Source: Bdellovibrionales bacterium (lineage in GTDB: Bacteria > Bdellovibrionota > Bdellovibrionia > Bdellovibrionales > JAGQZY01). Taken from it: a stretch of 64,000 nt of DNA. The DNA is taken from contig CAXRHT010000002.1 of NCBI GenBank assembly GCA_964230645.1, positions 1,088,001 to 1,152,000 on the forward strand, written 5' to 3'. The first letter of the stretch is position 1. Each line of letters starts with the position of its first letter. Under the pieces are notes generated by a model, which was not told the origin of the DNA, ran no database searches, and saw only the letters and a list, made by a program, of their open reading frames with translations. The translations under genes and the position numbers were made by a program. Positions 29,901 through 39,452 of the stretch are shown here, in pieces.

Positions 29901-31244
29901 CTACTTTTTAAGCTCTAAGCTATGGTCCTTAACCTTCTTATAAAGACTGGATCTTGAGATCTTGAGCTTTTTTGCTAGATCATCCACATCGAGGTCAAGT
30001 TTCAACGCCTCAATCATCACTCTTTTCTCATAGTCTTCTAATAATTTCTGTAAACCCTTATCCAGTGAAATATCTTCACCCCCAGCTGTACTACTGCCTC
30101 CTTGCAGAAGAGCTCTAGAAACGTCCTCTCCTCGAATGATGGGAAGAGGGGCCATGAGTGAAAGATGCTCGCAAATTCTTTTCAACTGACGCACATTTCC
30201 GGGCCAAGAGTACTCCATTAAAGCCTCAATAGCATCTTCTCCCATGGTTTTTTTCATGGTCACATCCCGTGCCCCTAAAAAAAACTGACAAAGCTCTTTA
30301 ATATCCTCTTTTCTTTCTCTCAGGGGAGGAATGACAAGCTTGTGACCACTCAGGCGATACATAAGGTCTTCTCGGAACTTTTCTTTAGACACCATGTCTT
30401 CCATTTTTTCGTTGGTGGCAGCGATCACTCGCACCTGCACTTTTTGAATCTCTGTGGCACCCACCTTTTGAAACTCGCCACTTTCAAGAAACCTTAAAAG
30501 CTTCGCTTGATGAGAAAGGCTTAAGGCTTCAATTTCATCAAGAAACAAATCCCCACCATGGGCTCTTTCAACAAGGCCGGCTTTATTGTGTATGGCCCCC
30601 GTGAAAGAGCCCTTTACGTGTCCAAAAAGTTCGGATTCAAAAAGGTTTTCTGAAAGAGCTGCCACATTTATAGCCACAAAAGGTCTTTCTTTCCATGATT
30701 GATGGATGAGTTGGGCGACCACTTCTTTCCCTGTCCCCGACTCCCCTTCAATGAGAATCGGTGCTTTTTCTTGCTTCATGTTCGCCACAAAACGCCTTAT
30801 TTCATCGGAAGCCTTTGACTGCCCAATCCATTGGGTTTGGTTTTCTTTTTTATCAAGGCTTACACCTCTTAAAGCCCACAAAGCTTCAATCTTTTCAAGT
30901 AAGAGGAGGAGTTCATCGGCTGAAAGAGGTTTTGCTAAAAATCGACTCGCTCCCGCTTTAAGCGCTGATTCCATGGTGTCACGCCTAAGATCTCCTGACA
31001 TGGCCACAACTTCCGAGAGGCTTTGTTTAGAAAGCTTTTTCATCACATCAAAACCCTCGGTTTTATCCAAGTCTCCAGTCAAATGCACATCCACAAGGGC
31101 TGCGTGAAAGAACTCATCTTTATTGATTTGGTTACGCTCTCTTGCCACGAGATCCCAATGCTCTGGCAAACAGAGCGAAATGGTATCCACCACAAGAGGA
31201 TCATCGTCGATCACTAAAAGGCGAAGCCTGGCTTGATTAGTCAC
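29901..31244 (-). CDS. NtrC-type sigma54-dependent response regulator
   Basis: Receiver domain; GESGTGKE; ESELFGH.KGSFTGA; FLDEI; WPGNVRQL; C-terminal HTH. Confidence 0.92.
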   Translation of the reverse strand: MTNQARLRLLVIDDDPLVVDTISLCLPEHWDLVARERNQINKDEFFHAALVDVHLTGDLDKTEGFDVMKKLSKQSLSEVVAMSGDLRRDTMESALKAGASRFLAKPLSADELLLLLEKIEALWALRGVSLDKKENQTQWIGQSKASDEIRRFVANMKQEKAPILIEGESGTGKEVVAQLIHQSWKERPFVAINVAALSENLFESELFGHVKGSFTGAIHNKAGLVERAHGGDLFLDEIEALSLSHQAKLLRFLESGEFQKVGATEIQKVQVRVIAATNEKMEDMVSKEKFREDLMYRLSGHKLVIPPLRERKEDIKELCQFFLGARDVTMKKTMGEDAIEALMEYSWPGNVRQLKRICEHLSLMAPLPIIRGEDVSRALLQGGSSTAGGEDISLDKGLQKLLEDYEKRVMIEALKLDLDVDDLAKKLKISRSSLYKKVKDHSLELKK

Positions 31245-31423
31245 TATCCCTCACTTTTCAAGACATTTGCGATTATTTTATTGAACTTTTCGAGCCTTTA
31301 AAAGGAAAGCCCCCTTTTTTTGGCCACATCGTTCCATTGTTAGGAAACTCACTACCAGTTGGCATCTTATGGAGTCTCCGCTAGAATCGCTCTAAAGAAT
31401 CATTCAATAAAAAGGGAAAAAAT

Positions 31424-32614
31424 ATGAAAGTGGCTCTACTCGAAGGCATCCATGAAGTGGCAAAAGAAAATCTCACAGCCCAAGGGCACCAGGTGGAGAT
31501 TTTTAAGCAGTCCTTTGCCGATGAAGAGCTTATTGATATTCTTAAAGACTACGAAGCTGTGGGTATTCGCTCAAAAACCCAGATGACTGAAAAAGTCTTA
31601 GAGAAATCAAGACACCTCAATGCCATTGGCTGCTTTTGTATCGGCACCAACCAGGTCAATCTCAATGCCGCTAAAAACTTAGGAATTCCCGTTTTCAATG
31701 CCCCTCATAGCAATACTCGATCCGTGGCCGAGCTTGTTCTTTGTGAAGTCGTGGCCCTTTCAAGAAACCTTTTTGATATGAGCTCAAAAGTTCACCGAGG
31801 TGACTGGCAAAAATCAGCCGCCGGTTCCTACGAGGTGCGTGGAAAAACTATTGGAATTGTGGGTTATGGTCACATTGGAAGCCAGGTGAGTATTTTAGCC
31901 GAAGCCTTTGGCCTCAATGTTATCTATTACGATGTGATGAAAAAACTTCCCCTGGGGAACTCTCATCAAGTGGGAAGTTTAAAAGAGCTTTTAGAAACTT
32001 CAGACTTCGTTACACTTCACGTGCCCGAAACCCCTGAAACCAAAAAAATGATTGGAGCAAAAGAAATCGGCCAAATGAAAAAAGGCTCTTATTTAATCAA
32101 TGCTTCAAGAGGAACGGTCGTTGAAATCCCAGCCCTTAAAAAGGCTCTTGATGAAGGCTACCTTGGCGGCGCTGCAGTAGACGTTTACCCCAGTGAACCT
32201 AAAAAGAACTCGGAAGGTTTCCAAACAGAACTTCAAAACTGCCGCAACGTCATCCTCACTCCTCACATTGGTGGAAGTACCCAAGAGGCTCAGTATAAAA
32301 TCGGAAAAGAAGTGGCCGAGTCTTTAGATCTTTTCTTTTCCACGGGCCAAACCATGGGCGCTGTGGAATTTCCCAATGTCCAAGTGTCAAAAGATATTAG
32401 GGGCCGAAGACTTCTCAATGTACATAAAAACGTGCCGGGAGTTCTTGGAGACATCAACAGCATTGTCTCGCAAGCGGGAATTAACATTCACTCTCAGATG
32501 CTTTCAACTGACGAAGAAATTGGTTTCCTCCTTATGGACATTGAGGCCGGACACAACGAGGCCTTTGATGAAATCTCAAGCCTTAAAACAAATATTAAAA
32601 CGCGCTTGATTTAA
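31424..32614 (+). CDS. serA: D-3-phosphoglycerate dehydrogenase
   Basis: GIRSKT, FCIGTNQV, NTRSVAE, GYGHIG, LTPHIGGST and C-terminal ACT domain. Confidence 0.94.
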   Translation: MKVALLEGIHEVAKENLTAQGHQVEIFKQSFADEELIDILKDYEAVGIRSKTQMTEKVLEKSRHLNAIGCFCIGTNQVNLNAAKNLGIPVFNAPHSNTRSVAELVLCEVVALSRNLFDMSSKVHRGDWQKSAAGSYEVRGKTIGIVGYGHIGSQVSILAEAFGLNVIYYDVMKKLPLGNSHQVGSLKELLETSDFVTLHVPETPETKKMIGAKEIGQMKKGSYLINASRGTVVEIPALKKALDEGYLGGAAVDVYPSEPKKNSEGFQTELQNCRNVILTPHIGGSTQEAQYKIGKEVAESLDLFFSTGQTMGAVEFPNVQVSKDIRGRRLLNVHKNVPGVLGDINSIVSQAGINIHSQMLSTDEEIGFLLMDIEAGHNEAFDEISSLKTNIKTRLI

Positions 32615-32621
32615 AGAAATA

Positions 32622-33281
32622 CTAAAGCTCACAGACCACCTGTTCTAAGTCCATACTGTCTCGACCTAAAAAGCGGTCATTCACTCGCCTTCCAGTGAAT
32701 GTGGCATGCACCACTTCCATACTTTCTGGATCAAGACGAACGACAGCGGCCGTTCTTGTGGCCTGATGACCACTGGGATAAACGGGTTGTAGTTGCACTT
32801 CCAAAACAGAGCGGTTGTTAAGACCCACTGATTTCAAAGCAATGCTACCAATAACGTCTTCACTCACCTCCTGAAAAGAAAACTGAATTTCCACATCGCC
32901 TTTTTTAATAAAAAATTCATAAGGAACAGCTGAGGCTTGCACCTGACAGACCCCGAAAGTTTTCTCCATAAAATCAGGAAGCTCACCCAATTTAAATTCA
33001 AGAGTGGGTGTTGTTTGAAGCCTTGAAATTTTCTGCTCAATTCTTGAAGCCTCAGCGATGAGCTCACTCATCTGGCTCGCTATACTAGCCCGCTCAGTTT
33101 CCAAACTTTCAATTTCTTGGCGCTGCTGCTCTTGCCTCTGGCTCAACTCTTCTTGAAGACTGAGATCTTGGGCTATGCCCCTTGCCGGAGAATGAGAAAG
33201 TGGTGTTAGAAAGAGGCTTAACAAAGTTAAGCATCCCATGATTAAAGCGATTCTTACTGACATGACGCACTCCCGGGCCAA
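32622..33281 (-). CDS. Hypothetical exported protein with coiled coil
   Basis: Signal-like N-terminus and Q/E-rich coil; start uncertain (33281 or 33263). Confidence 0.6.
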   Translation of the reverse strand: MARECVMSVRIALIMGCLTLLSLFLTPLSHSPARGIAQDLSLQEELSQRQEQQRQEIESLETERASIASQMSELIAEASRIEQKISRLQTTPTLEFKLGELPDFMEKTFGVCQVQASAVPYEFFIKKGDVEIQFSFQEVSEDVIGSIALKSVGLNNRSVLEVQLQPVYPSGHQATRTAAVVRLDPESMEVVHATFTGRRVNDRFLGRDSMDLEQVVCEL

Positions 33282-34396
33282 AAAATAACACCACCAAGTC
33301 GAAGAGGGTCTCTTCGCATTGTGCAGGTGGTTCCCTCATCACAAGAAAAAGAAAAACCCATAGTGGCTTCAGCGTACCTGCGGTACTCTGAGGAATAGTC
33401 TCCGCCCCCTTGGTGATAAAGGGCACAAGGCATATTTTCTTTTGCACGAAGTCGGCATCGAGCCACTCCATCACGAGCAATCTCACAGCGAGGGACGGTC
33501 ATATGTTTTACAGGTCTGGTGTGATTGGCAAACCAGGCCATACAGCTGTTGTCCCCTTCAGGCGCTTGCGTGCTCTCGATCAAACACTCGTTATCAGGGT
33601 TATTGTGAATATTGGTTTCTAAAACAAGTTTATTAAAATCAGCCTCCACGTAAGGTCTGGCGTAAGTTTTAAACTCGCCATTACAATAGGTGTCCATATA
33701 CTCAGAAATGGGAACATGGGGCTCAATTTGAAAAAAGTTTGAGTAAAGGGCGTGTTTGATTGTTTGAGTGGTTCCCTCGTTGCTTTTAGATTCGCCCACG
33801 AGATAAGTAATTCCAAACTCTTCAGAAATATTAATATCAAGTCTTGCTTCAATGGAGCAAAAACCAATCATAGGTCGATTGGAATCGGTTTGAAAAAAGT
33901 TTCGATTAAGCTCCGGATCAAAATGAAAGATCGAGTGCAGCTCAGCCTCCGTCGCCTCGACAATATCATCCTGATGAACATCATTGCCTCGGTAGGACGT
34001 CATGGCGATAAGAGAGGTCTCAAAAGTGTAGCGGTAGACAAAGTTATAGGGTCTATAAGTCACCCCGAGTTGCACGGGAGAGGTTAAAACCCCAAGACCC
34101 ATAGCCTGAGCGATACCGTTAACTGTAATTCCAAGACTTGTTGAAGTCTCTTGATAAGAAGACTCAGAAAACTGGGTCCAAGTTCTTGGAAAGGCTGGCC
34201 AATTAAGAGCTGGGGTATCTTCAGAAAGAAGCTCTTGCAAAATCGTTCTCTGCGCTTCGGCCGAAGGATTCGGGGCATTAACAAGAAACCTGTTATTGCC
34301 AAATTGAGTTTGATTAGTAAAAGCCCGGCGCTGGGCATAGCCTTCCGAAGCAAAAAGGCTCAAGAATAATGAAACCACTAAAACACGACTAAACAT
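33254..34396 (-). CDS. Hypothetical secreted protein with Cys-rich C-terminus
   Basis: Signal peptide ending GYA|Q; many Cys in the last ~110 aa; GGAG RBS. Confidence 0.7.
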   Translation of the reverse strand: MFSRVLVVSLFLSLFASEGYAQRRAFTNQTQFGNNRFLVNAPNPSAEAQRTILQELLSEDTPALNWPAFPRTWTQFSESSYQETSTSLGITVNGIAQAMGLGVLTSPVQLGVTYRPYNFVYRYTFETSLIAMTSYRGNDVHQDDIVEATEAELHSIFHFDPELNRNFFQTDSNRPMIGFCSIEARLDINISEEFGITYLVGESKSNEGTTQTIKHALYSNFFQIEPHVPISEYMDTYCNGEFKTYARPYVEADFNKLVLETNIHNNPDNECLIESTQAPEGDNSCMAWFANHTRPVKHMTVPRCEIARDGVARCRLRAKENMPCALYHQGGGDYSSEYRRYAEATMGFSFSCDEGTTCTMRRDPLRLGGVIFWPGSASCQ

Positions 34397-34448
34397 TCAT
34401 TAACTCTCCACACTCGGCCCCCATAGTGGCGGCCACTAAATTTTCTTG

Positions 34449-34465
34449 AGCGATAAATGTGCCAA
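34449..34465 (-). promoter_or_regulatory. Possible sigma54 promoter for the 34396 gene
   Basis: Minus strand TTGGCACATTTATCGCT (GG-N10-GC), one mismatch at -12. Confidence 0.45.
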
Positions 34466-34775
34466 TCAAGTTTAAGACCTGGAAGGCCCTTATTTTCTAG
34501 CCCTTCAGAAAAAGAGATTAGAGGCAGTGAAAAAAAATCAAGAGCAGCGCCAGAATTTGGCACAAAAAGTAGAAGTTCGAGAACTTTCAAAAAATTCCCA
34601 TTTTTAATCAAAAAGCTAAAAGTTCCCTCTAGGCTCCTTCTAAAGAGATCGTCTTTTTTAAACGGACCGTGCTTTTTTAAAAAACTGTGACCAATTTTGT
34701 TAGACGTTTATGAAAATATTTTAACCAAGGGAGATTTCTTCCAGATCTTCGTCACGATCTGATAATTTCCTAAGT

Positions 34776-35705
34776 ATGACGAAACAATCCCAAAACCAAG
34801 CCGTCCTTTTAAGCCAAAGATCAAAGCAAAAAGAATTTATCACCTGGGCTATCATCGTCCATAGTATTGGTATTACTGGCGCAGTGGTACTTTTTGAACC
34901 TTGGGCTTTTGGATTTGCCTTTTTTATGGCTTCAGTCACTGGCTATAGTATGGGAATTTTCCATCATATGTATCTCTCCCATAGAAGCTTTCGCTGCCAC
35001 CCAGTGGTCGAAAATATAGGCGTACTTTTAGGGACATTGACCTGGAGAGGCCCCATGGCAGCGCCCATTCGCTATGTGGCCATGCATAGAATCCATCATC
35101 GCTATTCTGATACCGATAAAGACCCCCACTCTCCTAAAGAAGGCTGGCTCCATTCCCTTATATCTTGGAACTGGAATCACTCAGATCTTTTCCGCCGTCA
35201 GGAGCTTTATAACAAGCTCGCTCCAAACTGGGTGCGCCAGAACTCTTTTTTTAAGTGGCTTGATCAAAATGTCCACACCGCTCAAGCACTCTACGGTTTA
35301 TTTCTTTTTAGTGTGGGCTTTGCCTTCTTTGATTTAAAGACCGCGGCAGTCCTTGTAGTTTACGGTGTGTTTGTCAAAACCCTAATGCTTGTCTATTTGG
35401 CCAATACCGTGGACCTTATTAACCACACTGTCGGTTACCGAAATTATGAAACCAAAGATGACTCCACCAATAGCTTCTTGATGGCGGCCATTCATTTAGG
35501 AGGTGCGATCTCCTGGCACAATAATCATCACGCTAGAGCCGCCTACTTTACCGTTAAAGGTAATTGGTGGGAGTTTGATGTGCACTATTTGTTTTTAAGA
35601 TTTCTTTCTCTTTTTGGTCTGGTGAGCCATATCCGTATTCTTGATGATCAAGAAAAGGTCAGAGTACAAAAGCAGAAGCTTGAGGAACAGTATGCCTCGC
35701 TATAA
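34776..35705 (+). CDS. Membrane acyl-CoA (delta-9 type) desaturase
   Basis: His boxes HMYLSH, HRIHH and HNNHH; D.DPHSP; WWEFD. Confidence 0.9.
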   Translation: MTKQSQNQAVLLSQRSKQKEFITWAIIVHSIGITGAVVLFEPWAFGFAFFMASVTGYSMGIFHHMYLSHRSFRCHPVVENIGVLLGTLTWRGPMAAPIRYVAMHRIHHRYSDTDKDPHSPKEGWLHSLISWNWNHSDLFRRQELYNKLAPNWVRQNSFFKWLDQNVHTAQALYGLFLFSVGFAFFDLKTAAVLVVYGVFVKTLMLVYLANTVDLINHTVGYRNYETKDDSTNSFLMAAIHLGGAISWHNNHHARAAYFTVKGNWWEFDVHYLFLRFLSLFGLVSHIRILDDQEKVRVQKQKLEEQYASL

Positions 35706-36615
35706 AAAAATACCCAAAGAGTTTACCCAACAATCAATACTCAAAGCTTCTTTAATGATCGCGCATCGATTGAGCGGATTTATCACTGGTTTATTTTTAC
35801 TAAGTGTTCTTCTCAATTCTAACTTTTTAATATTGTTAAAAATTGTACTCTCTTTACCACTGATCGCCTTCTCTGCTGTATGCTTACACAATATGGGCCT
35901 GCTAGGGCATGAGGGCACTCACTTTACCTTGGCTAAAAACAGAAAGCTAAGTGCTTATATAGGAACTTTTTTCTCGTCTATGGTTCCTTTTCATTTTAAT
36001 ACAGGCTTTGCCCTCTCCCACGCCCAGCACCACTGGCACACCAATTCTGAAAAAGATCCCGATCTTGATATCTTCACAAGCTTTAATAACTTCTGGAAAC
36101 GCTTTTTCCTAGCAAGGTCTAAAGCCAGTCGCGTTTACTTTTTTGAAACCCTTGGTATGGCCAGAGGGAACTTTACCCATCCCAATCAAGTGGGAATGAA
36201 ATCTGAAGACCTAAAAAAACTAGCACAGTTTAATTTAGTGAGCTCACTTATTTTCCTAGTAATTTACGCTAGTCTCATTATCAGCTTCCCATTAAGTTTC
36301 GGTTTAGCTTTTATATTGGTTTACTTTTCAGCCGTTTTTCTATCAGGCCTCAGACCCTACATGGAACATGTCGAAACCGATAAAGGCGAATTTACCAGAG
36401 CCAGAACTTTTAGCTCACCCTTAATGGACTATGTCTTTGGAACCATTAACTACCACCAGGCCCATCATATGTATCCCACAGTGCCTGGTTACAACCTACC
36501 AAGACTGCAAAAATATCTCATCAAAGAGGGTTATTTTACCGATCAAACGACCGTAGAAGAAACGTCCTTTCTAAACCTTTTAAAAACTGTGTCAAAAGGA
36601 CGCTACGGAATTTAG
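35692..36615 (+). CDS. Membrane fatty acid desaturase-superfamily protein
   Basis: His boxes HEGTH, HAQHH and YHQAHH..P.VP; ATG 35692 preceded by GAGG. Confidence 0.85.
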   Translation: MPRYKKIPKEFTQQSILKASLMIAHRLSGFITGLFLLSVLLNSNFLILLKIVLSLPLIAFSAVCLHNMGLLGHEGTHFTLAKNRKLSAYIGTFFSSMVPFHFNTGFALSHAQHHWHTNSEKDPDLDIFTSFNNFWKRFFLARSKASRVYFFETLGMARGNFTHPNQVGMKSEDLKKLAQFNLVSSLIFLVIYASLIISFPLSFGLAFILVYFSAVFLSGLRPYMEHVETDKGEFTRARTFSSPLMDYVFGTINYHQAHHMYPTVPGYNLPRLQKYLIKEGYFTDQTTVEETSFLNLLKTVSKGRYGI

Positions 36616-36625
36616 AACACCTTAT

Positions 36626-36910
36626 TTATAGAGGAACTTTTTGGGCTGATGAAAAAAACGGATCACTAGCCAAATCTTGAGACTTTTTAATTGAAAGATC
36701 TATTCTCTGCTCTCCAAGGGCATCTTTAAGCTCAATGAGTATATCTGTACGATCTTTCCAGCCTAGCTTTTCGCTCACGACCAAAAGGTCAATGTCTCCT
36801 CCCTTAAGAGCGTCATCAACTCTAGACCCATACAAGTAGACCAGAGCTTCACTGTCAAATTTAGTCAGTATTTCTTTGATCGATTCGATCTCTTGTTCTG
36901 ATAATCTCAT
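36626..36910 (-). CDS. MNT minimal nucleotidyltransferase (antitoxin-like)
   Basis: LYGSR...GGDIDLL and RIDL motifs. Confidence 0.85.
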   Translation of the reverse strand: MRLSEQEIESIKEILTKFDSEALVYLYGSRVDDALKGGDIDLLVVSEKLGWKDRTDILIELKDALGEQRIDLSIKKSQDLASDPFFSSAQKVPL

Positions 36911-37323
36911 GAAACCTTAAACTTGAGAAGAATGGGGGCTAAACCAATGAGTTCAGAATACAGCTTTGCGTATTCCTCGCTCGTGTATTCATGGGCTGCT
37001 ACATTTCTTAACTCACGAATACGCCGCCAGTTTTTAGCCGAGTCGATCCACCCCTGCTTTTCTGCGAGGTTTAGGGTATCAATTACCGTCCCTCGAAATC
37101 CCGGATCGGCTTCATAGGTTAAAAACCTTAAATATTTTGAGATTACTATATCAGAAAGACGGGAGAAGCGGCTGCTAAAACTCTCTAGAGTTTCTAAAAG
37201 TTCTTCATCAGCCCCCTCTATTTCTTCTAGTTTTAAAGTTTTTATCTTATTAAAACTATAGGACAAATGGCCTTGTGCTTTTTTGACGGACTCTTCGATC
37301 TGTTTCTTTAGATCATTTTCCAT
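36907..37323 (-). CDS. HEPN-domain protein (toxin-like)
   Basis: RELRNVAAHEY (RX4HXY); 4-nt overlap with the MNT gene. Confidence 0.8.
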   Translation of the reverse strand: MENDLKKQIEESVKKAQGHLSYSFNKIKTLKLEEIEGADEELLETLESFSSRFSRLSDIVISKYLRFLTYEADPGFRGTVIDTLNLAEKQGWIDSAKNWRRIRELRNVAAHEYTSEEYAKLYSELIGLAPILLKFKVS

Positions 37324-37361
37324 AACTTTTAAACCTTTCCGGTTCCCCTTTACTCAATATC

Positions 37362-38663
37362 CTACACAAGAAGCTGAAAACAAAGACAGGCCACGATGGT
37401 CGGTGGTAGTGCCCCTAGAAGAAGCTTTCCAGGATTAATCCCCCCTGAAAAAGAGCCTTTAAGAATTCCATAACCAGCCGGGTTTGGAGCGTTGGCAATC
37501 ACAGTCAAACCACCACCAGCAACGGCACCGGCCACAAGATTGTACTTAGCCGTGTCGGTGAGTTCGACTAGGGAGCCAAGGTAAGTCAAAGCTGCATTAT
37601 CGGTAATAGCAGTTAGCCCAGTGGCTCCAAGGAAAAGAACCAAGCTATCAAGTTTTGTTAACACCTCTTTAAGCCACCACGACTGCATACCTCCAAGAGT
37701 TACAAGTCCGGCTAAGAAAAACCCAACCAAAAGAGACTCTTTTAATTTTGGCTCATCTTGATATTCTTGGGTCACCTTCATAAATCCTAGGAAGAAAAGG
37801 AAAAGTCCCATAAAGAAAACCATATGGTGGGCGGTGAAGACCACAAGAGCTAGCACTAATAAGTGGACAACCGTGATCCAAGCCGAAGGCTCCATGGTGT
37901 TGTCGTGTTTTTGTTTAATATGGAGCTTCCCTGCGAGTTCATTTTTAAAGAGGAAAGCTGTAGTGGTAGTACAAATAACTATAGAGATCGCCGCTTTGTA
38001 ACCAAAGTTTGCGATCATATGAGATATGCCCCAGTGCCACTTGGTCGCCACCATTAGAACAGGAGGGGCTGCGAAATGAGTCAGCGTTCCCCCAATAGAG
38101 ATGTTCACAAACAAAAGACCTAAAGTGGCGTATTTAAACTTAGTACTCATTTTCCCGGAGAAGAAATAATCAAGGAGAATGAGGGCTGTCACCGTCATAG
38201 CGGCAGGCTCTGTGATAAAGGAACCAAGAAGGGGGCCAATGATAAGTGCTGAAATATAAAAAGAAACCTTTTCTGGAAGGGGCATGATCTTAGCTACCAC
38301 CATAATGCACTTTTCAGCAAAGTTGATCACTGGCCTTGTACCGGCAATACACATGATCACAAACACAAAGGCAGGCTCTGTGTAATTCACCCCAGTCTCA
38401 AGGTAGTGAATCGCTCCACCGATCACATGATGATTGTCATCATAAATAGCAAACCCTTCGATCGCACTGTAATAGGCGATAAAAATCCCCGCCCAAATTC
38501 CAAAAATCGCTTCGACCTCTCCTAGGAAATGAAAAAGGTTTTCCGGGATCGATCCTTCTGGATATTTATGAGCCAGGGCTTCGAATTTCGTCGCTACAAA
38601 AGTGTGCATCACGGCAAGAGCGAAAAGTACTGTCGCTCCAATTTCAAGTGTCGTTGGATTCAT
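37362..38663 (-). CDS. Putative Na+/H+ antiporter (DUF1504-like)
   Basis: FLGEVE, GSFITEPAAMT, GGTLT.FAAPP, TDNAALTYL and GGLTVIANAPNPAG motifs. Confidence 0.8.
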   Translation of the reverse strand: MNPTTLEIGATVLFALAVMHTFVATKFEALAHKYPEGSIPENLFHFLGEVEAIFGIWAGIFIAYYSAIEGFAIYDDNHHVIGGAIHYLETGVNYTEPAFVFVIMCIAGTRPVINFAEKCIMVVAKIMPLPEKVSFYISALIIGPLLGSFITEPAAMTVTALILLDYFFSGKMSTKFKYATLGLLFVNISIGGTLTHFAAPPVLMVATKWHWGISHMIANFGYKAAISIVICTTTTAFLFKNELAGKLHIKQKHDNTMEPSAWITVVHLLVLALVVFTAHHMVFFMGLFLFFLGFMKVTQEYQDEPKLKESLLVGFFLAGLVTLGGMQSWWLKEVLTKLDSLVLFLGATGLTAITDNAALTYLGSLVELTDTAKYNLVAGAVAGGGLTVIANAPNPAGYGILKGSFSGGINPGKLLLGALPPTIVACLCFQLLV

Positions 38664-38868
38664 GCTGAATAACCTCGCTGAAGTTTGTGTCTTCAATCCT
38701 AAATATGTTCTTCCTATTCTAGTCCCTTTCCCTCATAAAATTCATCTAAGTCGCAAGGCGGCAATTTTAATTGAGCCGCACTAAAGGCTAGAGAAACTCT
38801 AGAAAATTAGTAGCCCCTTAAGGCTTGAGAATGTTTCAATAAAGCTAGGATTCACCTTTAAAGGACTT

Positions 38869-39285
38869 ATGAACAGGCTTAGAGCTTTTTTTCAAAACCA
38901 ACCAAAGAACTCAAACTATAGCTTCGGTCTCGTTTGGGCGACTCTATTTGCTCTCATTTTTGGCGGGAAACTTCTCACGTCTGGCGAGGTCAATAAATTA
39001 TTTTTAGCTCTCGCTCTTCTTTTTGGTCTTCTTGCTGTGATTTTTCCAAAAGTCCTCTATCCACTCAACTACCTGTGGAATCTCATAGGCCTTTGTTTAC
39101 ACAGAGTGATCAACCCTTTTGTCATGGCTCTTATCTATTTCGCCGTTCTCACCCCCACATCTTTTATAATGAAGCTTTTGGGAAAAGACTTTTTAGATAG
39201 AAATTGGAATAAAGAGGCGACCAGTTACTGGATTAAAAGAGAGCCTTCTGGGCCTAGTCGCGAATCATTGAAGAATCAATTTTAG
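38869..39285 (+). CDS. SxtJ-family membrane protein
   Basis: FG.V, P.N..W...G..L, IYF.VLTP, SYWI.R and C-terminal NQF. Confidence 0.8.
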   Translation: MNRLRAFFQNQPKNSNYSFGLVWATLFALIFGGKLLTSGEVNKLFLALALLFGLLAVIFPKVLYPLNYLWNLIGLCLHRVINPFVMALIYFAVLTPTSFIMKLLGKDFLDRNWNKEATSYWIKREPSGPSRESLKNQF

Positions 39286-39301
39286 TAAAAAGGAACCTCT
39301 T

Positions 39302-39451
39302 ATGAGTTTTTTTAAAGAATTCGGTCAATTTTTATGGGTAAGAAAAAAGTTCTGGCTTATCCCCGTGTTACTAGTATCCCTTCTTTTAGTCGGATTAATT
39401 GTTTTTACTGAGGGCACAGCCGCCGCTCCTTTTATCTATACTATTTTCTAA
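39302..39451 (+). CDS. SxtK/DUF5989-family small protein (not in ORF track)
   Basis: Own translation, 49 aa: MSFFKEFGQFLWVRKKFWLIP...GTAAAPFIYTIF. Confidence 0.85.
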   Translation: MSFFKEFGQFLWVRKKFWLIPVLLVSLLLVGLIVFTEGTAAAPFIYTIF

Positions 39452-39452
39452 T

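Noticed and set aside
34776..36615. Polyyne biosynthetic cluster
   Set aside because: No fatty acyl-AMP ligase, ACP, thioesterase or rubredoxin is adjacent
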